Assembly (NCBI GenBank): GCA_037481835.1
Contig: JBBFKW010000014.1
Location: forward strand, 79,657 to 143,656
Length of the DNA: 64,000 nt
Source of the DNA: Desulfosoma sp.
GTDB lineage: Bacteria > Desulfobacterota > Syntrophobacteria > Syntrophobacterales > DSM-9756
Direction of reading: 5' to 3'
The notes beneath the pieces were generated by a model, which saw only the letters and a list, made by a program, of their open reading frames with translations, did not search any database and had not been told where the DNA came from. Positions 46,199 through 56,308 of the stretch are shown one piece after another (the stretch's first letter is position 1; each line of letters opens with the position of its first letter). The translations under genes were made by a program, and so were the position numbers.

Positions 46199-46747
46199 CT
46201 AGGTTCCTTTCGTGTAATTCTTGGCCGCGGTGATGCCCGCTTCCAGGGCTTTCTTGTTCAGTTCCTCGGTTCCCGGGGGCACCCGGGCCAGCACCGCCGC
46301 CTCCAGGGCGCTCAGGGAGACCGCCCGAGTCAGGAGGGCCAAGGCCCCCAGGGCGACGATATTGGCCGTCATTTCCTTCTTGAGTTCCGTGCGGGCGATC
46401 TGGGTGAAAGGGATGGCCACGGCCCGCGTCGTGGGCACCTGCTTGACGAAGGTGCTGTCCACGATGAGCATCCCGTCGGGCTTGAGATCGAAGAAGTAGG
46501 CGTCGCAGGATTTTTGGTTCATGGCCAAGAGGACGTCGGGCTTGATGGCCTTGGGGTAGTCGATTTCCTCGTCGCTGATGACCACTTCGGATTTGCTCGC
46601 CCCGCCTCGGGCTTCCGGGCCGTAGCTTTGGGTTTGGCAGACGTACTTGCCGTCGTAGATCCCGGCCGCTTCCGCCAGGATGATGCCGGCCATGATGAGC
46701 CCCTGTCCGCCGGAGCCGCTCAACCGCACTTCATATCGATAACCCAT
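46199..46747 (-). CDS. 2-oxoacid:ferredoxin oxidoreductase gamma subunit
   Basis: SGSGGQG, QSYGPEARGG. Confidence 0.93.
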   Translation of the reverse strand: MGYRYEVRLSGSGGQGLIMAGIILAEAAGIYDGKYVCQTQSYGPEARGGASKSEVVISDEEIDYPKAIKPDVLLAMNQKSCDAYFFDLKPDGMLIVDSTFVKQVPTTRAVAIPFTQIARTELKKEMTANIVALGALALLTRAVSLSALEAAVLARVPPGTEELNKKALEAGITAAKNYTKGT

Positions 46748-46787
46748 GCCTGATCGCTCCCTTGAGAAGCCTTCCCGGCCCCTCGTT

Positions 46788-47630
46788 TCATTTTCCCGCA
46801 GCGAGCCGCGCTCGGGCGGCTTCGCGAATCTTTCGGTATTCTTCCGTATAGATGGGCAGATCCCGATCCACGAGCACCCCGATGGTAAATTTGCCTTCCA
46901 TCTCTTCGGGGCTCATCTCCGCGGCCTTTTCCACACGGACGGCGCTTTCCTTCTGCCACCGGAGCATGTCCACGGCGCCGCCCATCTTGTTTCGCCGCCC
47001 GTATTGGGTGTGACAGTGGCTGATGACTTCCACCACGGAAAAGCCTCTTTTGCGGATGGCCTGTTCGATGAGCCGGTCCAGCATGGTGGCATGGTAAACC
47101 GTGCCCCGGGCCACCAGGCTCGCTCCTGCGGTGACGGCCAATTCGGCGATGGAAAAGGCATGCTCGATGTTCTTGTAGACGGCCGTCGTCGCCAGGGCGC
47201 CGTAGGGCGTGGTCGGGGAATACTGGCCTCCCGTCATGCCGTAGATGTTGTTGTTGACGATGATGGCCGTGAGATTGAGATTGCGGCGCGCCGCATGGAT
47301 GAAGTGGTTTCCGCCGATGGCCGTGGCGTCCCCGTCGCCCATGATGACGATGACCTGGAGCCGCGGGTTGGCCAGCTTGATGCCTGTGGCGAAGGTGAGA
47401 GCCCGGCCGTGGGTGGTGTGCAGGGTGTTGAAGTCCACGTAGACGGGCAGCCGCCCGGCGCACCCGATGCCGGAAACCAGGACGATGTCGTCCTTTTCGT
47501 ATCCCGTGCGGTCGATGGCGCGGATGAGTGCCCCCAGGAGGATGCCGTTGCCGCAACCCGGGCACCACACGTGGGGAAATTTTTTGTCGTGGCGAAGATA
47601 TTTATGGATCAGCTTGGTGACTTCTGCCAT
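46788..47630 (-). CDS. 2-oxoacid:ferredoxin oxidoreductase beta subunit
   Basis: WCPGCG, SGIGC, HGRA, GDGD..IGGNH, YGMTGGQ. Confidence 0.95.
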   Translation of the reverse strand: MAEVTKLIHKYLRHDKKFPHVWCPGCGNGILLGALIRAIDRTGYEKDDIVLVSGIGCAGRLPVYVDFNTLHTTHGRALTFATGIKLANPRLQVIVIMGDGDATAIGGNHFIHAARRNLNLTAIIVNNNIYGMTGGQYSPTTPYGALATTAVYKNIEHAFSIAELAVTAGASLVARGTVYHATMLDRLIEQAIRKRGFSVVEVISHCHTQYGRRNKMGGAVDMLRWQKESAVRVEKAAEMSPEEMEGKFTIGVLVDRDLPIYTEEYRKIREAARARLAAGK

Positions 47631-47675
47631 GGGTCGCCTCGCGCTTTCGGTGTGGGTCGGCCTTCCCCCGCCGGC

Positions 47676-48821
47676 TCATATTTTTAACAACCGCACCAGG
47701 ATTTCGTCCGGGGTGATGAGGTTTCCGTCGATGCGGTTCAAGGTCTCCACCCGGGTCATGCCCTGGTTGATCCGTTTCACTTCCCGGGAAATCTGCCCCA
47801 TGTTGAGTTCGGGGACGAGCACGGCCCGCACCCGCTTGAGATAGGGTTCCAGGATCTGCCTGGGGAAGGGCCACAGGGTAATGAGTTGGAGCAGTCCCGC
47901 GCGAACGCCCCGGCGCCGCGCCTCCCTGACGGCCCGGCGTCCCGATCGCGCCACGGATCCGTACGCGATGACCAGAACGTCGGCGTCGTCGGCTTCTTCC
48001 GCATCCACCATGAGGATGTCAAAAAAGTTTTGGGAAATTTTCCGGTGGATCCGCGTGAGAAACGGGACGATTTCATCGGCCCTCTGGGTGGGAAAGCCCC
48101 GGACATCGTGGATCAGCCCCGTGACGTGGTAACGGTACCCGTCGCCGAAGATGCCCATGGGCGGCACGCCCCGGCTATTGTCTTCATAGGGGATGTACCA
48201 TTCCGGCGGCATGTTGGGACGGATGCGATCCACCACCTCCAGCTCTTCGGGATGGGGGATGCGGATCTTTTCCCGCGTGTGCCCGACCACCTCATCGGAG
48301 AGGATGATGACCGGCGTGCGGTATTTTTCCGCCAGGTTGAACGCCTTGACGGTGATGTCGAAGCAGTCCTTGGTGGTGGAAACCGCCAGGGCGATGATGG
48401 GATGGTCCCCGTGGGTGCCCCAGCGCGCCTGCATGACGTCGCCTTGGGAGACGTTGGTGGGAAGCCCCGTGCTGGGACCGCCTCGCATGACGTTGACGAC
48501 GACGCACGGCACTTCGGCAACGCAGGCGAACCCCAGGTTTTCCTGCATGAGGGAAAAGCCTGGGCCGCTTGTGGCCGTCATGGACTTGGCTCCAGCCAGG
48601 GACGCCCCGATGATGGCCCCCATGCTGGCGATCTCATCTTCCATCTGGATGAAGGTCCCCCCCACGGCGGGAAGTTTCACGGACATCACTTCACTGATTT
48701 CTGTGGCCGGCGTGATGGGATAGCCGGCAAAAAAGGTGCAGCCCGCCGCAAGAGCTCCTTCCACCATGGCTTCGTTGCCCTGCAGCAGCACTTGCTTTCC
48801 CGAGATGCTCGGACCGCTCAC
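47676..48821 (-). CDS. 2-oxoacid:ferredoxin oxidoreductase alpha subunit
   Basis: GYPITPATE, QMEDEIA, TATSGPGFSLMQE, RGGPSTGLPT. Confidence 0.95.
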   Translation of the reverse strand: MSGPSISGKQVLLQGNEAMVEGALAAGCTFFAGYPITPATEISEVMSVKLPAVGGTFIQMEDEIASMGAIIGASLAGAKSMTATSGPGFSLMQENLGFACVAEVPCVVVNVMRGGPSTGLPTNVSQGDVMQARWGTHGDHPIIALAVSTTKDCFDITVKAFNLAEKYRTPVIILSDEVVGHTREKIRIPHPEELEVVDRIRPNMPPEWYIPYEDNSRGVPPMGIFGDGYRYHVTGLIHDVRGFPTQRADEIVPFLTRIHRKISQNFFDILMVDAEEADDADVLVIAYGSVARSGRRAVREARRRGVRAGLLQLITLWPFPRQILEPYLKRVRAVLVPELNMGQISREVKRINQGMTRVETLNRIDGNLITPDEILVRLLKI

Positions 48822-48957
48822 GATCGCTTCCCCTTTCGTGCTTTTCCGAAAAGAACATCGGGGCCGTCCCCTAGGGGTGGGCGCTCAGGCGCGCCTCAAA
48901 GAAGATGAAAGCGCCGTCTCCCTTTTTCGGCCTCAAGGCCCCTTCCCGGGTATTGTC

Positions 48958-49314
48958 CTAGTCTTCGTCGCCCACGGCTTTCTTGCGCGCCCGGACGCTG
49001 ATGGCGAAATCGGGGCAGTGGATTTCACAGAACCCGCAGCCCGTGCAGCGATCGGGCTGAGTGACCACGGGATGGCCGTCTTCGCCCATTTCGATGCATT
49101 GCCGGGGACAAAACGCGGCGCAAATGCCGCATCCTTTGCACCAGCCGGTGAATATGGCGATATCGTAAGCCTTCTTGGGCTTGTCTTCCGCTTCTCCGAG
49201 AGGTTCCGAAACGTCCCGGTTTTCTTCTTCGTGCCTTAGGGTCGTATCCGGTTCCGGCGCAGGAGAAGACGCCTTCTTTTTCCTTTTCTTGGGGGAGCTC
49301 GTCGGTTCCGCCAT
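48958..49314 (-). CDS. 2x[4Fe-4S] ferredoxin (delta subunit)
   Basis: CKGCGICAAFCP and CTGCGFCEIHCP. Confidence 0.9.
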   Translation of the reverse strand: MAEPTSSPKKRKKKASSPAPEPDTTLRHEEENRDVSEPLGEAEDKPKKAYDIAIFTGWCKGCGICAAFCPRQCIEMGEDGHPVVTQPDRCTGCGFCEIHCPDFAISVRARKKAVGDED

Positions 49315-49447
49315 GGTTTTCTTCCCTCAAAAGAAACGCCGCACTGCAGGGCACACGACCATGCCCTTCACATAGTCGATCGGCTCCGGATTTTCAACCC
49401 GCGCACCTGCAAAGAAAGGACGCACCTTGCATCCGCCCGGCCAGGCG

Positions 49448-49573
49448 CTAGGAGCTTGTCCGAGAATGGCATATTCCTGGGAGCGCGGGCGTCTCGCCCG
49501 CTTCTCGTGCGGGCCGGAGGCCCGCGCTCCCAGGAGAAGAGGCCTTCGGGTTCGTTCTCAGACAGCCTCCTGG
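49448..49573. mobile_element. 126-bp MITE-like element (reverse orientation), supplies stop codon of HDOD gene
   Basis: Interior matches the 35091 copy; CTAG/CTGG ends. Confidence 0.8.
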
Positions 49574-50457
49574 GGTCGCGGTTTTTTCCCGTCTGTGGAC
49601 GTCTTGTGCGGGTTGGGTGCCGTCTGGAGCCACATCTGTGCCGCTTCGGAAAACTGGTCCCGATCGAGCCCCAGGCGATCTTCCACGAGGGACGGCACGG
49701 GGTCCTGATCCAGGAGGGCTTGGAGCGGGCTTCGACCTTCCTGCACGTGAGCCAACTCATTGGCGAGGAAGACAAGCAGCGCCAGAGCTTCCTCGCTCTT
49801 CTGGGGCCGGTGATGCCATCGAACGACGTCCGCGATGATTTCCGGAAGTCCCCATCGCTCGGCGAGCAGAAACCCCGCTTCGGCATGGTCCGTTCCCAGC
49901 ACGTCCCATTCGGCCTCCACCAGGGGGGTGCCGCACACGGCGGCGCGTTGTTCCACGGCCCTTGCGGTTTCCTCGTCCAGTTGGGCCAGCACGAGCTTTC
50001 CAATATCGTGGAGAAGTCCTACGGTGAAGGCTTCGCTCTTGGATATCCCGATGGGACACCGGGCCGAGAGATGCTGGGCGCAGTCGGCCACAGTCAACAC
50101 ATGACGGCGCGCTCCGTGGAGCCACAGCCGAGCCCCTCCGCCGGAAAAGCGGGCCATGAAGCCGTGGACGTAGGCCGCCATGACGATCCCGCACACGGTG
50201 GGCACGCCGAGCAGCCGCACCGCGTGCTCGATGGAGACGACTTCCACGGGCAGGGCATAGAAGGGCGAATTGCACAGATGGAGGGTCTGTACCGTAAGGC
50301 CCGGATCCTGGGCGACCACGCGGGCCAAGGCCGACGGGTCCGTATCCGGTTTGTGCATCATTTCCATGACGGAAAAAGCCGTATCGGGGAGCATGGGCAC
50401 CCCGTCCAAGAGCTGGGTCAGGCTTGCTGCGTCCAAGACGGTGGATTTTCCACTCAC
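49558..50457 (-). CDS. HDOD domain protein
   Basis: DPGLT..CNSPFY, AVRLLG, GLLHDIGKLVL, DHAEAG..WGLP. Confidence 0.9.
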   Translation of the reverse strand: MSGKSTVLDAASLTQLLDGVPMLPDTAFSVMEMMHKPDTDPSALARVVAQDPGLTVQTLHLCNSPFYALPVEVVSIEHAVRLLGVPTVCGIVMAAYVHGFMARFSGGGARLWLHGARRHVLTVADCAQHLSARCPIGISKSEAFTVGLLHDIGKLVLAQLDEETARAVEQRAAVCGTPLVEAEWDVLGTDHAEAGFLLAERWGLPEIIADVVRWHHRPQKSEEALALLVFLANELAHVQEGRSPLQALLDQDPVPSLVEDRLGLDRDQFSEAAQMWLQTAPNPHKTSTDGKKPRPQEAV

Positions 50458-50467
50458 GATGGCGGCC

Positions 50468-50866
50468 TCACGACTCGGGAAGGATCCATGGTTTGATGTC
50501 CAAAATGGGCGTGCCGTCGATCATGTCGATGCCCTTGACGCGAAGAACAGAGCCGTGCACGTCGAGCACCTCCACGACGGAAAGCCCGATGGGGTTCGGC
50601 CTGCGAGGCGAACACGTGCTGAAAACCCCCAGGAACTCATTGCGATGCGGCGGTTTTTGGATGAGGTCCTCGGCCGAAAAGGGTTGACTTTTGTGGAAAT
50701 GAAACAAGACAATGATTTTCTGGCCCGCTCGGATGTCCCTCAGGCCTTCTCGGTACGCGTCATCGATCAGAAGCGTGCCTTCCACTTGGGATACGGTCCA
50801 GTGGCGCGGCACGACCGTCGCCTCGGTTCGGACGATGCCGATGGGTTTAAAAACGACGGCGTTCAT
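50468..50866 (-). CDS. tRNA m6t6A methyltransferase TrmO/TsaA-like
   Basis: KPIG, GVFSTCSPRRPNPIGLS, IDGTPILDIKP. Confidence 0.9.
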   Translation of the reverse strand: MNAVVFKPIGIVRTEATVVPRHWTVSQVEGTLLIDDAYREGLRDIRAGQKIIVLFHFHKSQPFSAEDLIQKPPHRNEFLGVFSTCSPRRPNPIGLSVVEVLDVHGSVLRVKGIDMIDGTPILDIKPWILPES

Positions 50867-51420
50867 GAGAGGCCCAGATCCTCTTCCAGAGCGTCCCGAT
50901 GCATGACCACGTCCCCGATGGTGCGGAAGTGGGGCATGAGAAGCGTCAAGGGCGGTTCGGTGAGCTTTCCGTCCACCACGTAGCGGTCGTTCATCTCCGA
51001 GCACAGGACGCGTCCCACAAGGAGGGCGTAACGCTCATCGACGAGTTCCCGTTCCAGGCTCGCCTCGATCCAGCCGACGGCGTCGGCGATGCGAGGCGGG
51101 CTCACGTGCTTTGCAGGCAGGGTCTCCAGGCCCACTTTTTCCAATTCATTCACGCCTGGAGGGTACGGCCGGGCCGTGCGCATGGATTCCCGAAAGGACG
51201 GTCGGCCGATGACGTTGACGACGAACTGCCCCGTGTCCCGGATGTTTCGCAACGTGTCCCGCGGGAGAGCGGAGGCGACGGCGATCAGGGGCAGGGGCCT
51301 TAGGATGGGCATGACGCAACTGTACGGGGCGGCGTTTGGCGTCCCGTGGGCGTCCACGGTGGTGATCACGGTGACCGGCAGAGGGAAAAAGCGCTTGAAC
51401 ATTTCCGGGGCAAGTTCCAT
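50863..51420 (-). CDS. Flavin reductase family protein
   Basis: PVTVITT..PNAAPYS..DTLRNIRDTGQFVVN. Confidence 0.88.
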   Translation of the reverse strand: MELAPEMFKRFFPLPVTVITTVDAHGTPNAAPYSCVMPILRPLPLIAVASALPRDTLRNIRDTGQFVVNVIGRPSFRESMRTARPYPPGVNELEKVGLETLPAKHVSPPRIADAVGWIEASLERELVDERYALLVGRVLCSEMNDRYVVDGKLTEPPLTLLMPHFRTIGDVVMHRDALEEDLGLS

Positions 51421-51561
51421 GGGGCGTCTCCTCGCGGCGTGGGATGGAGTGCTCCGGGCCGCATCTTTTCATCGGCGTAGTGCCGTGCGCTGTTCCTAAT
51501 CGCTTTTTTCGCCGGAGGCAAGAGGCGAAGCCGCACTCTTTTGCGCAAAAAGGAGCACAAG

Positions 51562-52890
51562 ATGCCGTCCAAGGCTCGAGAGGACCTGATGGGCATATAT
51601 CGTGCCGGGCTTGCGGCGGTGGATCCCGAAGCGGCCGTCCATGGAAAGGTGCGGCGCCAGGGGAATCGTCTTGCCGTTTCGGACCATGTGTTGGATTTGG
51701 ATGCCTTCCAACGGGTATTCCTTCTAGGAGCCGGCAAAGGGACGGCGCCGATGGCCAAGGCGTTGGAAGATATCCTTGGAGAGCGCATGGACGAGGGCGT
51801 CATTGTCGTCAAATACGGCCACGGAGTGCCCCTGGGGCGGGTGCGCGTTCTGGAAGCCGCCCATCCGATTCCCGACGCGGCGGGCGTGCGAGGGACCGAA
51901 CAGATGCTGGAACTGGCCCGCCGAGCCGGCCCGAAGGATCTTGTCATCGCGGCCTTTTCCGGGGGCGGCAGCGCTCTGACCCCTGCGCCCGTGCCGCCCT
52001 TGAATCTGGAACACAAGCAACGGACCACGGAACTCCTTCTCGCCGCCGGGGCGACCATCCAGGAAATGAACGCGGTGCGAAAGCACCTGTCCCGCTTCAA
52101 AGGCGGCGGGCTCGCCCGGGCGGCAGCCCCGGCCACTGTCGTGACGCTCCTTTTGTCCGATGTGGTGGGCGATCCCCTGGATGTCATCGCTTCGGGCCCG
52201 ACGGCGCCCGATCCATCCACCTACGCCCAGTGCATGGACGTCATCCGCCGATACGCCTTGGACGACAGGGTTCCGGAAGAAGTCCTGCGCGTCCTTCGGG
52301 AAGGGATGGAAGGCCGAAGGCCCGAGACGCCCAAACCCGAAGATCCCGTTTTCGAAAGGGTCTTTCATGTCGTGGTCGCCAACAACATGGCCGCCCTCCT
52401 TGCGGCTCATGAGGAGGCGACCCGGCGGGGATACCGCGCGCTGGTGCTCACGTCCCGGTTGGAGGGCGAAGCCAAGGAAGCGGCCAAAGTCATTGCGGCC
52501 CTGGCCAAAGAAGCCGCCTCTTCGGGAAGGCCCGTGGCGCCTCCGGCATGCCTTCTCTTCGGCGGCGAAACCACGGTGACCCTCGGAAACACCGCGGGCC
52601 GGGGCGGAAGAAACCAGGAACTGGCCTTGGCCTGCGCCGTGGCTTTGGACGGCTGGCCGTCCATCACGGTGCTCTCCGCGGGAACGGACGGCACCGACGG
52701 GCCGACGGATGCCGCCGGAGCCTTCGCCGACGGGGACACGGCACGGCGGGCCGCCCTCATGGGCATGGACGCGCGCGCTTTTCTCGAAACGCACAACGCC
52801 TATCCGTTTTTCGAGGCTCTAGGGGACCTGGTGATGACAGGGCCGACACGAACCAATGTGATGGACTTTATCGGAGTGGTGATTCCATGA
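51562..52890 (+). CDS. Glycerate 2-kinase (MOFRL/TtuD type)
   Basis: GAGKG, HPIPD, SGGGSAL, SDVVGD, GGETTV, GGRNQE, GTDGTDGPT, TRTNVMD. Confidence 0.92.
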   Translation: MPSKAREDLMGIYRAGLAAVDPEAAVHGKVRRQGNRLAVSDHVLDLDAFQRVFLLGAGKGTAPMAKALEDILGERMDEGVIVVKYGHGVPLGRVRVLEAAHPIPDAAGVRGTEQMLELARRAGPKDLVIAAFSGGGSALTPAPVPPLNLEHKQRTTELLLAAGATIQEMNAVRKHLSRFKGGGLARAAAPATVVTLLLSDVVGDPLDVIASGPTAPDPSTYAQCMDVIRRYALDDRVPEEVLRVLREGMEGRRPETPKPEDPVFERVFHVVVANNMAALLAAHEEATRRGYRALVLTSRLEGEAKEAAKVIAALAKEAASSGRPVAPPACLLFGGETTVTLGNTAGRGGRNQELALACAVALDGWPSITVLSAGTDGTDGPTDAAGAFADGDTARRAALMGMDARAFLETHNAYPFFEALGDLVMTGPTRTNVMDFIGVVIP

Positions 52891-54305
52891 AGCAACGACG
52901 GCGAACGAAAATCGTGTGTACCATCGGGCCTGCCAGCCAAACCGAGGCAATGATCCGGAACCTCGTGCGTGCCGGCATGGATGTGGCCCGGCTCAACCTC
53001 AGCCACGGCGACCATGCCGGGCACGCCCGAACTGTGGAAACTTTGCGTCGCGTGGCCGCCGAGGAAGGCAAGGCCGTTGGGATTTTGCAGGACCTGGGGG
53101 GGCCCAAGATCCGCCTGGGGGACATTCCGGAAGGGGAACGGGTGTTGAGCCCGGGCGAAGACCTGCGGCTCTTTCCCGGACAAACCGGGAGGGGAAAGGA
53201 CCTTGCCGTCAATTATCCCTTTCTTTTGGAAGACGTGTCGCCGGGAGACCGAATCCTCCTGGCCGACGGCCTGGTGGAACTCCTGGTCGTCGATAAGGAA
53301 GCCGAAGCGCTCCAATGCCGGGTCGTGGTGGGCGGTGCGATTCACTCTCACAAAGGGGTGAATCTCCCGTCCAGCAGTTTGCGCATCCCCGCCTTTACGG
53401 AAAAGGACAGGCAGGATCTGCTCTTCGGTTTGGAACACGGCGTGGATTTCGTGGGGCTGTCCTTCGTGCGCCACGAAAAGGACGTCGCCCCCGTGCTGGA
53501 GATCCTTGAGAAAGCCGAGCCCAGGCCCATGGTCATCGCCAAGATCGAAAAACCTCAAGCCCTGGAACGCCTGGACGCCATCCTGGATGTGGTGGACGGC
53601 GTGATGGTGGCTCGAGGGGACCTGGGGGTGGAGACGCCCTTGCACGAGGTGCCCGTCATTCAAAAACGCATTATCCAGGCGGCGCGCAGCCGGGCCAAGC
53701 CCGTCATCACGGCCACCCAGATGCTCCGATCCATGGTGTCCAGCCCGCGCCCCACTCGAGCGGAAACCACGGACGTGGCCAACGCCATCCTGGACGGGAC
53801 CGATGCGGTCATGCTCTCGGAAGAAACCGCCATGGGCTCTTACCCCGTAGAGGCCGTGCTCATGCTGGATCGCATCGCCATGGCCGCGGAAAAATACATG
53901 TTCGACATGGCCCGTAACACGGCGTTCGCCTCCGCCCTCTTGCCCGGCACGGCCGCGGCGATCAGTCAAGCCGTGATCGGCCTGGCCGAAGACCTCAACG
54001 CCGCGGCCGTCATCGCCTCCACCGCCTCAGGGGAAACAGCCCGGCTGGTCAGCCGCCTTCGGCCGCGAAGCCCGGTCATCGGGTTTACCCACGAACCGGC
54101 CACGGTGCGACAGCTGGCGTTGTCCTGGGGGGTTTATCCCGTGCTCGTCCCTCGATGCGCTGAAACGGACACCCTTTTCGGCATGGCTCGGCGGTGGGCT
54201 TTGGAACAAGGGATCGCGAAGCCTGGGGACAAGTTGGTCCTCACGGCCGGGGTGCCCGTGGGGCAGAGCGGGACGACCAACATGGTCAAAGTCATCGAGC
54301 TATGA
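52887..54305 (+). CDS. pyk: Pyruvate kinase
   Basis: RTKIVCTIGPAS, AKIEK, MVARGDLGVE, ATQML, DAVMLSEETA. Confidence 0.97.
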   Translation: MKQRRRTKIVCTIGPASQTEAMIRNLVRAGMDVARLNLSHGDHAGHARTVETLRRVAAEEGKAVGILQDLGGPKIRLGDIPEGERVLSPGEDLRLFPGQTGRGKDLAVNYPFLLEDVSPGDRILLADGLVELLVVDKEAEALQCRVVVGGAIHSHKGVNLPSSSLRIPAFTEKDRQDLLFGLEHGVDFVGLSFVRHEKDVAPVLEILEKAEPRPMVIAKIEKPQALERLDAILDVVDGVMVARGDLGVETPLHEVPVIQKRIIQAARSRAKPVITATQMLRSMVSSPRPTRAETTDVANAILDGTDAVMLSEETAMGSYPVEAVLMLDRIAMAAEKYMFDMARNTAFASALLPGTAAAISQAVIGLAEDLNAAAVIASTASGETARLVSRLRPRSPVIGFTHEPATVRQLALSWGVYPVLVPRCAETDTLFGMARRWALEQGIAKPGDKLVLTAGVPVGQSGTTNMVKVIEL

Positions 54306-54461
54306 GCGCCGCACGGGGGGAGTTGGCTTCGGCGGTCTTATGGAAAACGACGCGGTAAAGGCGCGGAGACGGTGGAACGGCGGGGAGCCGCAAGAAGGGG
54401 GCTTGACGCCGGCGGCAAAAGGGGCGCCGGCGAAGTGGGCAAAACCGTCCGGACCCGACGA

Positions 54462-54593
54462 TCAGTCCCGGGATACCTTGGCAAGAATTTCCAGGTTCTT
54501 TTGCATGCGCTTCTGGTCGGCCTTGCGGTTTTCCTTGTTGGGCTTGTCCTTTTTCTTGCGGATGAGTCGCGTCTTGTGCGTGTTGGACGGCAT
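54462..54593 (-). CDS. 43-aa basic small protein (not in ORF track)
   Basis: AAGGAG RBS; MPSNTHKTRLIRKKKDKPNKENRKADQKRMQKNLEILAKVSRD*. Confidence 0.6.
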   Translation of the reverse strand: MPSNTHKTRLIRKKKDKPNKENRKADQKRMQKNLEILAKVSRD

Positions 54594-54722
54594 GGGTTTC
54601 TCCTTTGCTTCGCCTTCTTCGCGAAAAGCGCCTTTCGGTCGCCCTCGGGCCGGGTGCGGCGGTCTTTTCGAACCGTTTCCAAAACAAAGGGTTAGCCGAT
54701 CCGGCTAACCCTTGCGAATTCC

Positions 54723-54798
<76 letters not shown>

Positions 54799-54885
54799 AG
54801 CGCCGTGTGGGCGATCCTATAGCAGGCCGCCCCCGCCGGTGTCAACCCCTTTTGCGCGCCTCCGGGATGCCGCCCCCGGGGGAGC

Positions 54886-55329
54886 TCACGCGTTGAGCAT
54901 TTCGGCGAGCACGCGGCCGTAGTCCTGGCAGGCGCGGACGCCTTCGGGCGTGGCGATCTTGTGCTCCAAGAGGTTAAAAGATCCCAGGCTGGTCATGCGC
55001 ATTTTGAAGACGTGTTCCATGGTGTCGTAGATGTACTTGGGAGCATCTCCGCTGTGGGTGTAGGAGCCGAAAGCGCCGCCGACCTTGCCTTCCAATCCGG
55101 CTTCCTGGGCCATGAACAAGAAGGTTTTCATGCTTTGGGTCATGTCGCGATGGTATGTGGGGGACCCGAAGATGTAGGCGTCGTAGCCCTTGAGCTCTTC
55201 GGCCTTCTTGATGTCGGAAATTTTTTTCAAGACGGGTTCGTGACCGGCAAACCGCACCCCCTCCGCAATGTAATGGGCCATCTTTTCCGTATGCCCCGTT
55301 CGGCTCACGTAAGCGATCAACACTTTCAT
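54886..55329 (-). CDS. Flavodoxin-domain protein
   Basis: AYVSRTGHTEKMA, FGSPTY, GAFGSYTHSG. Confidence 0.9.
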   Translation of the reverse strand: MKVLIAYVSRTGHTEKMAHYIAEGVRFAGHEPVLKKISDIKKAEELKGYDAYIFGSPTYHRDMTQSMKTFLFMAQEAGLEGKVGGAFGSYTHSGDAPKYIYDTMEHVFKMRMTSLGSFNLLEHKIATPEGVRACQDYGRVLAEMLNA

Positions 55330-55451
55330 CAGGACTTCCCTCCTTCCGGTTTCTTTTCAAAGGTTTTTTTCTCCCCGCACTGCGGGCATTTCTGAGGCTT
55401 GCAGCGACCGTCCTTTTCAAAGCCGCACTTGGTGCACTGAAAGACAGCCAT
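55329..55451 (-). CDS. 40-aa RCKP-type rubredoxin-like protein (not in ORF track)
   Basis: AAGGAGG RBS; MAVFQCTKCGFEKDGRCKPQKCPQCGEKKTFEKKPEGGKS*; TGATG coupling to flavodoxin. Confidence 0.8.
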   Translation of the reverse strand: MAVFQCTKCGFEKDGRCKPQKCPQCGEKKTFEKKPEGGKS

Positions 55452-55529
55452 AGTCCCTCCTTGTGGGTCTTTTAAAGATCCAAATCCTGATGCCGATGAG
55501 CCGTCGCAAAAGAACCGCGGCCCTGGAGA

Positions 55530-55727
55530 TCACCGGGAAGCGTCCGGGTCCGCCATGCAGCAAAAGGTCTTTTTCCCGGCGCCGCACACGGGGCATTTCC
55601 AATCGTCGGGAAGTTCGGAAAAGGATGTTCCCTTGGGGATCTTACCGCGCTTGTCCCCACGGTCGGGGTCGTAAACGAAGCCGCACGTGGGCCCTCCACA
55701 CCGATAACAGTCTTGCGGTCCAGCCAT
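55530..55727 (-). CDS. Rubredoxin
   Basis: [41 protein letters not shown]. Confidence 0.92.
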   Translation of the reverse strand: MAGPQDCYRCGGPTCGFVYDPDRGDKRGKIPKGTSFSELPDDWKCPVCGAGKKTFCCMADPDASR

Positions 55728-55993
55728 GATCTGCACACCTCCCTGCGTTGAATCCGAGCCTTCTTTTCTTCGTCCGTTGCCGTCATTCGCTTCCGGGAGC
55801 TTCGGATGCGTGTTGAAGCCCGTGCGCCGCAGCACGCGCCCTGCGCGTTTGATTAATCACCGTTTTGGATTTTGGGAAGGGGAAGGAGCTGAAAAGGGTG
55901 CGCACCGGCTTGCGCGAGGATACGGCAAAAACCCTCGGGGAAGTGGGGGGCAATTTATGCTTTGGAGATTTCGTTAGGGAAGAGCGAGGGGGA

Positions 55994-56182
55994 TTAGTCG
56001 TCTCGGAGCATGGGTTCGTAGTGGCAGCGAAAGGCTTCCGCGTAGCGTTCGATCCAGTCGAACACCGCCTCTTGGCCCAAGTCTCTTCCGACCTTTTCGC
56101 TTTCGATCCATTTGTGCTTTTGGATCTCCAGCAATTGGAGCCGAATGTAATCCTTGAAAGTCAACGATCGTTCTCGATCCAT
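55994..56182 (-). CDS. Small hypothetical protein
   Basis: GGAGG RBS; EIQKHKWIESEKVGRDLG..DWIERYA motif resembling DUF4032-like helical domain. Confidence 0.65.
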   Translation of the reverse strand: MDRERSLTFKDYIRLQLLEIQKHKWIESEKVGRDLGQEAVFDWIERYAEAFRCHYEPMLRDD

Positions 56183-56308
56183 GGCTTGACCTCCACACGT
56201 CGGTGTGGCCGTTCCGAAGGGGGCTGCCCCCATGTCCGTCCACATACTTTAGAGCCCTCCCGAACTCCTCGTCAAGCCTTCTCATAGGGGCCTTGATTTT
56301 CCAAAAAC

